From the NCBI GenBank assembly GCA_964426185.1, contig CAYRPF010000006.1, forward strand, positions 1 to 32,000: DNA of 32,000 bases, read 5' to 3'. A program made the translations under genes and the position numbers. Below are positions 9,771 to 18,000 of the stretch, piece by piece (the stretch's first letter is position 1; the number at the start of each line of letters is the position of its first letter). A model generated the notes under the pieces. That model saw only the letters and a list, made by a program, of their open reading frames with translations, did not search any database and was not told where the DNA came from. Source of the stretch: an uncultured archaeon. Its GTDB lineage: Archaea; Asgardarchaeota; Lokiarchaeia; Sigyniarchaeales; Promethearchaeaceae.

Positions 9771-11609
9771 TTAATCTTCGAGAATTCGGCGAATATCTTG
9801 AATTTTTTTTTCCATTCTATTCCAATCTCCCTCTGATTCAGGTTTTTGATGTTGAATTGTCTGAGCACGTGATTTTCCTATTCCATCAATAGCTTCTAGT
9901 TCTTTTTGAGTAAGAGAAATCAATTTTACCGGTGTTACTAAGCAAACCAAAGATCTAGCTCCGTGATTAACGACTTTCAAATCATAAAATTGATGCAATG
10001 GTATTTTTTTCGGAATAAAACATCGGATAGGGTAGGTTCCAATCTGACGAGCTAAAGTGCCTTTTCCATCATGTTTTTCGGCATATACACGAAAAAGCTT
10101 GCTTCCAAAGGGAAATAGGCGCTGTAACATTGGATAATCGATCTCATCTCGAATTTTTGCCTTCCAATGAAAATACTTGCTTTGATATTTGTTTAAATGC
10201 TTTCGAACCCATCTTTGGGTCGTTTTATTTATGGTGTTGGAGACTAGAAATTTGCGTAAATTTATTCTACGAATCAGATAACCTTTTTTTAGCAAATTAA
10301 GCAAGAAATCATAATTTTGCTGTAAACTTTTGGCAGTTTCCCCTGGAAGCCCCATGATGAAGTTTAAACCGGGTAAAAATAACGGTGTTCCATTAACACC
10401 TAACCGACTACCATGCAAATTTATGATTTTTATTGCCTGCTCGATTTCTTCTGCTTTAGCTTTCAAGTTATTGGCGCGAATTACTTCTGGGACTATGGAT
10501 TCTACTCCAATGGCTGCTATGTTACCTGATGTGCAGTATTCTGTGATAATATTGGTTATTTCTTCTGCCTCTTCTGGATATAGTGAGAAATTGAGCGCGT
10601 TTACGTTATCAATGTGAAGTGTTTCCAGATTGGGGCATTTTTTTCGTATTTCGCTCAATAAGGTATAAATTGCTTTAACATTCGGTTGAGGATATTTAGG
10701 ATGGATGAATTCTCTATGTTGGAATGCGTAAAAATCAGTTTGTGAACCCAGACGAAAATGTCTTACACCTATTTCATATAATGAAACCACTTCTTCCACT
10801 ATATCTTCTATTTTTCGGTGTTGAGTAGGCCCTTTCAAAGGTTCGATACAAAATCTGCATCCCCCTGTTCGATATCGTGGGCAACCTTGAAATGTTTCGA
10901 TTTCGCAGATTAAATTTCCGAAAGGTTTTCTATTAAAATTTGGATGTTGTGGAATGATCCACGATGGGCCTGCTATTGCAAAAGGTTGCAAGGAGTGAAT
11001 ATTTGGTCGTTTGGCTTCTCTTAGGTTTTTAATTATCTGCGATGAAACATTTGGACGATCAAGAGATTCCAATTGAGAATTGAATTGAGAAATGGAAGAA
11101 TAACTATGCTTTTTTCTACGAAGGGATTTTAAAAAGGAGCGGTATTGAGTGAATAAAAGAAAAATCGCCCAATCTGCATCTTCTTCTAAAATTAAATCAT
11201 AGATACCTTCAAGAAGCTTTATTCCACGACTGGTGCGTCCACCTTCTTCTCCAATGCCATATTTAGTCGCTGGACCACATAAAATTGATACTGTTTTAGA
11301 AAACAGCGTAACCAATTCCCTAATCTCACGATAGCTTATGGGTCTTGCGCCTAGATATTTACCAGGCACAGTAACTCCCGAGATAACAATCATTAAATCT
11401 ACAGCATTTTGCTGGTAATTATTTCTATTGTGACGGAATTGGTCGATTGTGCAATAAATTAATTCCATATGAGTGGATTGTTGCGAAGTAGCTTCTCTAA
11501 TTGCACCTGCAATATATCGCGGCAAGGGGGCTAAAAAGGGAGGTACCCCTAAGCATCCAGGTTCATCAATATACCCATCAATGAGCAAGATCTTTAGAGA
11601 TAGATCCAT
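9771..11609 (-). CDS. Radical SAM protein with C-terminal helix-hairpin-helix (COG1031-like)
   Basis: IDGYIDEPGCLGVPPF at the N-terminus, EIETFQGCPRYRTGGCRFC cluster motif, GLNFIMGLPGET, and HhH LEAIDGIGKSRA. Start moved to ATG 11609 (preceded by GGGGGA) because the longer ORF overlaps the divergent gene. Confidence 0.85.
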   Translation of the reverse strand: MDLSLKILLIDGYIDEPGCLGVPPFLAPLPRYIAGAIREATSQQSTHMELIYCTIDQFRHNRNNYQQNAVDLMIVISGVTVPGKYLGARPISYREIRELVTLFSKTVSILCGPATKYGIGEEGGRTSRGIKLLEGIYDLILEEDADWAIFLLFTQYRSFLKSLRRKKHSYSSISQFNSQLESLDRPNVSSQIIKNLREAKRPNIHSLQPFAIAGPSWIIPQHPNFNRKPFGNLICEIETFQGCPRYRTGGCRFCIEPLKGPTQHRKIEDIVEEVVSLYEIGVRHFRLGSQTDFYAFQHREFIHPKYPQPNVKAIYTLLSEIRKKCPNLETLHIDNVNALNFSLYPEEAEEITNIITEYCTSGNIAAIGVESIVPEVIRANNLKAKAEEIEQAIKIINLHGSRLGVNGTPLFLPGLNFIMGLPGETAKSLQQNYDFLLNLLKKGYLIRRINLRKFLVSNTINKTTQRWVRKHLNKYQSKYFHWKAKIRDEIDYPMLQRLFPFGSKLFRVYAEKHDGKGTLARQIGTYPIRCFIPKKIPLHQFYDLKVVNHGARSLVCLVTPVKLISLTQKELEAIDGIGKSRAQTIQHQKPESEGDWNRMEKKIQDIRRILED

Positions 11610-11712
11610 TTTATCCCCCGCTATCATATTAATTATAATGGAGCTTACTTTATGGAAATTATCATTTCGACAAGACTTTTTAGTTTTTCCGTGTTTAGTT
11701 CCAACATAGAAA

Positions 11713-12852
11713 ATGAATACGAATTTATCTGGTGCATCTTCAAAAAAACGTGCGATGATCATTGGAATTGGGGGTCATGCCCATGTATGGCGCAAGGCTA
11801 TTTCTTCACATCCTGGGTGGGAAATTGGTGCCATCGTTGACACTGATACGGATAAATTAGAACATGCTCCCAAATTATGGGGAATTCCGAAAACCGAATG
11901 CTTTACCTCGATGGAAGAAGCAATTCAATACGGGCAAGGTCCCTATGATTTAGCAATTATTGTCACTCCCACTTATACTCATCATGTTCTATCCATGGAA
12001 GCATTAGATTTAGGTTTAAATGTTCTGTGTGAGAAAAATATGGCCAGCACCATCTCCCAAGCTCGAGAAATGGTTAAGACTGCCTTAAAATATCCCAAAC
12101 TTTGTACCGCGGTAGGAACTCAAACACGTTTCTTTCCTCACAACTGGTCACTTAAAAAAGCCTATCTCGAACGAAAAGATGTTTTGAAAAAAATAACATC
12201 GCTAAATTTGACCTATTTGTATAATTGGGGGAAAACACGGCAAGGCTGGCGCCGATGGTTAAGAGATTTATTTTTGGAAGATATGGCGCCACACCATCTT
12301 GATTTACTACGTTATATTACCGAAATGGATGTTGTTCAAGTGCAAGGCGCGGTAAATTTCAAACCTAGTTTCTCTTATTTTAAAGGATCATCCACAACAT
12401 TTGCCATTCTCGCTCTAGCTATCCCAGAAAATTATCATAATCCTGATGAATGGATTTATGCTACTTATCGAGGTGATTGGCAGAAAAAAGGAGAACTTTA
12501 TCATCGTTTAGATATGAACTGTGAAAATGGGGAAATTAATCTAATCGAACGGAATAAGGTAAAAAGTCTGACTATAACTGAATTTGAAGACCCAGAAGGA
12601 TTTACTTTCCACACAAATCCGGTTCTTATTACATCTGATGTAGAATACAATGTCTATAATTATGCATCAGAACTTTATTTGTTGGAAGAATTTTACCAAT
12701 GTATCGAATCACGGGGTAAATTGCAGCCAAAAACTAATTTTATGGATGCAATCAAATCTTTTGCTATCACCCGTGGTATTGTAGACAGTTTTGAGCAAAA
12801 TCGGGCAATATTCCTACCAGAATATTGGAAAAATCTTCCAATAATTAGATAG
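11713..12852 (+). CDS. Gfo/Idh/MocA family NAD(P)-dependent oxidoreductase
   Basis: IIGIGGHA Rossmann motif, IVTPTYTH, VLCEKNMA (EKP-like) and LEDMAPHHLD. Confidence 0.9.
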   Translation: MNTNLSGASSKKRAMIIGIGGHAHVWRKAISSHPGWEIGAIVDTDTDKLEHAPKLWGIPKTECFTSMEEAIQYGQGPYDLAIIVTPTYTHHVLSMEALDLGLNVLCEKNMASTISQAREMVKTALKYPKLCTAVGTQTRFFPHNWSLKKAYLERKDVLKKITSLNLTYLYNWGKTRQGWRRWLRDLFLEDMAPHHLDLLRYITEMDVVQVQGAVNFKPSFSYFKGSSTTFAILALAIPENYHNPDEWIYATYRGDWQKKGELYHRLDMNCENGEINLIERNKVKSLTITEFEDPEGFTFHTNPVLITSDVEYNVYNYASELYLLEEFYQCIESRGKLQPKTNFMDAIKSFAITRGIVDSFEQNRAIFLPEYWKNLPIIR

Positions 12853-12914
12853 ATTCATCCAAAATGAACGAAATTGAAAAAATGGTGGAAATTTATTCCA
12901 AATTTAAATTCCCC

Positions 12915-13805
12915 TTAATTATCTTGCACGCCCAGTTGGGTAATTAACTGCTTTTTTTGCGTCTCGACATCCCGTGAAAGACCGAATGTGTCGGCAAACT
13001 GATCAGTTGTAAATAACTCAGAAGATCGACCCTTCTTTCGCGCCTCAACATAACCCCGGTCAATTAAAAATTTAACATGCTCATATGCTGTGGAACCACG
13101 CAACTTAACCAAAGTCGATTTCATCAAAGGTTGTTTTAAGGCAATAATAGTTAAGGTTTTCAGAATTGCATCGGGAATTAATCCTCCACTAGCGAATTTT
13201 TTCACTTTGGGCGTATATTCTGGCTTAATTTGCAAGCTGTATTTATCTTGAATATGGACAATTTCTAACGCAGTTGGGCGCATTAAATAATCCATAGCTA
13301 ATTCATCTAGTAATTTTTCCAATTCCCTTTTTCGGATATCGGTTTTAGTGCTTAATTCTTCAACAGAAACAGGTCTACCTGCAACAAAGAGTGCTCCTTC
13401 AACCACATTTTTCAAATGGATATAGGCTTCTTCTTCATCGCTCATGGGTGCAATATCTGCATTTTTTTTTTCAAGAGAATCTTTTTCAGAGCTAATTTCT
13501 TTGGTTTCTTGGCCAGATCGTTCATTCAATATCTCACGAATCAAAGTTTCACCCGTTTTTACATCCTTAACTGCTTCAGTGTCTTTATCCATGAATTCCG
13601 TGTTTTCATTCTCTGTTACAGATTTTGATTCCATCATTTCTGAATCTTTTTCGATTTCCAAATTATTTAATTCAGAAATTTCTTCATTCCCCACACTTTC
13701 TCCAAGTTCATCTTCCAATTCTTCCAAGTCGGAAAGAATTTCCTCGTCCAAATCAGAATCATCTTGCTTTTCCAATAGCTCCTTCTGTTCGGGTTTTTTT
13801 TCCAT
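12915..13805 (-). CDS. scpB: SMC-Scp complex subunit ScpB with long acidic N-terminal extension
   Basis: VEGALFVAGRPVS, LKTLTIIALKQP, LRGSTAYEHVKFL and FTTDQFADTFGL; located downstream of scpA and smc. Confidence 0.93.
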   Translation of the reverse strand: MEKKPEQKELLEKQDDSDLDEEILSDLEELEDELGESVGNEEISELNNLEIEKDSEMMESKSVTENENTEFMDKDTEAVKDVKTGETLIREILNERSGQETKEISSEKDSLEKKNADIAPMSDEEEAYIHLKNVVEGALFVAGRPVSVEELSTKTDIRKRELEKLLDELAMDYLMRPTALEIVHIQDKYSLQIKPEYTPKVKKFASGGLIPDAILKTLTIIALKQPLMKSTLVKLRGSTAYEHVKFLIDRGYVEARKKGRSSELFTTDQFADTFGLSRDVETQKKQLITQLGVQDN

Positions 13806-13838
13806 TTTTTTCCCTCGATTTTGATTTATTTGTGAATT

Positions 13839-14987
13839 CTAAAATTCTAAGCTTGTTTGATCAATGAGTTTAATCATTAAAGGCGCTTCAGTATCCTCTT
13901 GGTGCAAAATAATTTTACTTAATGAAGCCAAAAATAACATTTCTTCGAATGTTTGAATATATTTGACTTTCTTCTCTAATATTTTAAGCGAATTATCTTG
14001 ATAAATCATATTTTTAAAATAATCCATTGAAACAGTGCGATTTGGTGGATTTTCCATTCGAATAATTTCAACTAATTGACGATGGCGGCGTTTTAAACGT
14101 TCCTCAATGGTTTCTTCACTTCCTGTAATATGCTTTAATATTTCTGCTGGTAATCGCCCCTTACCACGCTTTTTAACTTCTTTCTCGCGTTTTGCCATTT
14201 GCTGTTCTCGACGTATTCGAAGTTTTTCCCTTTTTTGCATTGTTTCAATAATTGCGCGGCGCATTGCTCCGAAGAGTTCTTCTGAAGTAGCAATTTTCCG
14301 GGCTTCTCGTAGTGGTTGAGCGATAGGTTTTGGAATTTGCCTACGAATCCGTTCCCGCATTTCAGCTTTCTGGATTTCTTCTTCTTGTTTAATAACTCCA
14401 GTAATTTTAGAATGGTATAATTGGGCTGAAGAGTAAATTGCCAAGCCGGAGATACGAAAATCGATTAATTCTTCTTCGACCATTTTCGAAACGAAATCTT
14501 CAATCAACGATGAAAGATCAAATTTAGTAAAATCCACTGTTTTCGCTAAGTCGGGGTCTAGGAGACTACGATAAGGTTCTTCCAGCCACCATTTCTTGAT
14601 TTGAGAGATTTTTTCTAATTCTTCCTCCATTACATCTTTCTCTTCTAAATCCTCACCAACAGAGATCACTTCTTTTATTTTTGGTTCTGCAGGAGTCCTT
14701 TTTTCTTTAGGTTTTTTAGTGGTTTTTTGTGATTTTCTCGTTTGCGATGTTGTTGTCTTTGATGGTTTAGCGATTTTTGCATTTGTTACCTCTAATGGTT
14801 TTTGTTTTGAGATTGTTGAAACTTTTGATTTCGTCGATTTTTTAGATTTGGTTAATTTTTTTTTAGATTTTGACACACTACTCTTTTTTTTGCTCGACTT
14901 TTTACGTGAGGTTCCTTTTCGAGCTGAGGATTTCTTTGAACTAGTCTTTTTATTTCTGGGTTTTTGAATTGTTTTTTCTGTTGTCAC
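13839..14987 (-). CDS. scpA: Kleisin ScpA with Lys/Ser-rich N-terminal extension
   Basis: N-kleisin segment FDLSSLIEDF...DFRISGLAIYSSAQLYHSK, middle SEELFGAMRRA and C-terminal winged helix TFEEMLFLASLSKIILHQ. GTG start after AGGAGG; lies between smc and scpB. Confidence 0.88.
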   Translation of the reverse strand: MTTEKTIQKPRNKKTSSKKSSARKGTSRKKSSKKKSSVSKSKKKLTKSKKSTKSKVSTISKQKPLEVTNAKIAKPSKTTTSQTRKSQKTTKKPKEKRTPAEPKIKEVISVGEDLEEKDVMEEELEKISQIKKWWLEEPYRSLLDPDLAKTVDFTKFDLSSLIEDFVSKMVEEELIDFRISGLAIYSSAQLYHSKITGVIKQEEEIQKAEMRERIRRQIPKPIAQPLREARKIATSEELFGAMRRAIIETMQKREKLRIRREQQMAKREKEVKKRGKGRLPAEILKHITGSEETIEERLKRRHRQLVEIIRMENPPNRTVSMDYFKNMIYQDNSLKILEKKVKYIQTFEEMLFLASLSKIILHQEDTEAPLMIKLIDQTSLEF

Positions 14988-15013
14988 TCACGGTTCCTCC
15001 TATTCCTCTAATC

Positions 15014-18000
15014 TTAATTCTGATCGGGAGTATCTTTTACCAACTCCACATTCGTATCAAAATCCTCTCTTTCCTTTTCTTCTTCAAGATTAACTGTAAA
15101 AATATCGGTAATTCCGTCATTCATTGCAACCCCATAAATCCGATCTGCATTAGTGATATTTTCTTCTCGATGACTAATGACTAAAAATTGAGATTGTCTG
15201 GCATATTCTTTGATTACCATCGAAGTTCGATAAACATTTGGACCATCGAGAGCTGCATCTATTTCATCCATAATGTAAAATGGAGCGGGATAAAAGTTTT
15301 GGATTGCAAAAATAAAAGAAAGGGCAACCAATGTCTTTTCTCCGCCTGATAAAATGTCCAGCGATGAAATTTTCTTTCCTCTTGGTCTGGCTTCAATGGT
15401 TATTCCACCTTCAAAAGGATGGGCTGGATTTTCGAGAATCATTTTAGCGGAACCGCCTGGAGATAGTTTTTGAAACACCGAACTAAACACCCGATTAATT
15501 TCGTGATATGCCTTCATGAAATTCCGCGTTTTTTCCAACTCAATACGGTCAATAGAATCCAAAATAGCTTTACGCTCTCGTTGGAGAGTTTGCCGACGCA
15601 TATCAATTTCATCCCAGCGTTCTTTGACTTCATCGTATTCTTCAATGGATTTTAAGTTTACTGGCTCTAAGGCTTTCTTTTCAGTGTTAGCGGTTCCAAT
15701 TTTCTGATTTAATGTTTCTTCATTTAAATCATCTGTCACTGGTGGTAAGGTGCCGTAATCTTTTGATTTTTCAAAAAGTTCATCAATTTTTTCTTCTACT
15801 ACAATTTTACGAGTTTCTAATCCGTTGAATTTGGCATTATTTCGTGATAAATCCGCATTCAATTCACCTAGTTCATCTCGGAGCGATTTCTGTTTTTCCC
15901 AAGAAGCATTTTTTTGACCTTGAAGATCTGTCAATATTTCAATTTGTTTTAATCGCGATTCTTCAAGTTTTGTAATTTTATCGGTTATAGATTTAATTAA
16001 TTCTTGAAAATCGGCAATTTTATCTCCTAATTCACCCTCTTCGTCCTTAAGTTGTTCAATTTCGCCTTCCCGGGCCTTCATTTGAACTTGCTTATCCAAC
16101 TTCTTTTCCAAAGCCTTAATTTGATTGCTAATTTCTTTAGACTGTGCTCTTAATTCTTTTTCTTTTGATTCTAATGACTGTCGTGCAGTTTGATGTTCGG
16201 CAATGAGTTTATTTTTCTCTTCAATTTGACTTTCTAATTCATGAATTTGGTTCTCCAATTCTTCATTACTCTTAGTATTTTCAGCAATTTTCTCGGTAGA
16301 TTCGGTAATTTCTATTTCTAATGCTTCAATATCGGAAATTATTTTTTGAACATTTTGCAAATCCTTTATTCGACCGTTGACCTCACCCAGTTTATCCGAT
16401 TCTAAGTCAATTTGGGCTTGTAGATCGGTTCTCACATCATCAGCCTTAGCTCTTTTCTCCTTAACTTCGGAAATTTTGGCGAGAATTTCATCAATTTCTT
16501 TTTGTACTTTTTCACTTTGAGTAGATAGATCTTGAATATTTTGGTTTTTTGTCTCAATTTCTACTTGTAATTTCTGCTGTTCTTCAGTTGCATTATCAAT
16601 ATCGTCCAATAGTCGCTTAACATTACTTAAACTATTTAAATCGTCCACAATTTGTGCCAATTCTTCTGATTTCTCGTCAATCAGGCTCTGTAAGTCTTTT
16701 GAATCTTTCCAAAAATTTTCTGAAGATTGCTTCAATTCAGTTAACTTTTTGCTAATAGATTCAATTTCCTCTTTAATTTGACTCGCTTTGGTTGATTTTT
16801 CCTCAAATTCTTTTCTATTTGTTGAGATTTTAGATTCCAAATCATTAATTTTCTTTGTTAAGGCAGAGATTTGAGAGTTTGTTTGATTCAATTCTTGTTG
16901 TTTTTGCTCTAAATGGGCAGTAATTTTTGTAAATTGAACTGAAGCCTTAGAATATCCTTCTGCTTGAGCGGAGATAGCTGTATTGAGATCTTCCAAAGCA
17001 CGATAATGCTCAGAAGTATCTGCAACAGCCACAGCTTGAAGTGCTACCCTTATTGAATCGAATTTATCAGTAAAATCTTGAATAAAACCATCAAAATTCG
17101 CCGTGGATTCATTTAATGCTTCATCACTAGCTTCTTGAACCATTTCATTTAACTGAATTAAAGGTTGTTCTGCATTTTCAATCAACAATTTTAAAGTATT
17201 AACCGCAAAAGAGAGTTGTTCTTGAATTTCTCGGGGTTGATCAGGTGTCATTTCAGAAATTTCTTCAATCGACCGAAGCATATCGGTAACATCGAGCACA
17301 AATGCTTTAAAAACCTTGCTGGATTCATCAATGGCAACTTGGCTCACATTTTGAATGTCTGATTTAATATCGCCTGCAGATCGGTCAATATTCAGAATAA
17401 GATTAGTGAGATTATCCAGAACAGAGTTTAATTCTACCTGGGTTTCGTTATGTTCTGCTTCCTTTTTATCAATGGTTTCCTGCAGTTTTTCCCTTTCCTC
17501 TTTCATATGCTCTATTTTTTCACTGAAATTATCAAGTTGAGCTTGTAATTTAGTTTGTTCAGCGGATAGAGCGGCAATTTCTTTTTGTAGATTATCGTGA
17601 ATAATTTGAATATGTTGTTGCTGACGTTGGCTGGAATGAAGATCTGTTTCTGCTGTTTTAAGTTCTACCCCTATTCCAGTAAGTTTCTTTTCTAAGTCTC
17701 CTAATTCCCCTTCTAATGCACGCCTTTTTAATTCAAATGACTCTTGCTTGGTTTGACTGCGTTTTTGTTCCTCGTTGGCAGAGTTTAATTGAGATTTTAA
17801 ATCTTTGACTTGGTCACCAATTTTTTTTTCTTTAGATCTTAGGATTTTGATTTGATCTTCCACAGCTTGCCCTTTAGTTAATTTTTCGTATTCTTTTTGA
17901 AGAGTGTTCTTTTTTGATTCCAGATCTTCGATTCGTTTTTTGATTAAATTTATTTCTGCACCAGTTGAAGAGACTGCTGCTTGAATATCTGATTGAGATT

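Noticed and set aside
11610-11762. N-terminal 51 aa of the 663-aa radical SAM ORF
   Set aside because: It overlaps the divergent oxidoreductase start; family-like sequence begins at MDLSLKILLIDGY, which has its own purine-rich ribosome-binding site.
7042-11840. Short alternative-frame or antisense ORFs within hutH, ftcD, the radical SAM gene and the oxidoreductase
   Set aside because: They overlap well-supported genes and lack independent coding features.
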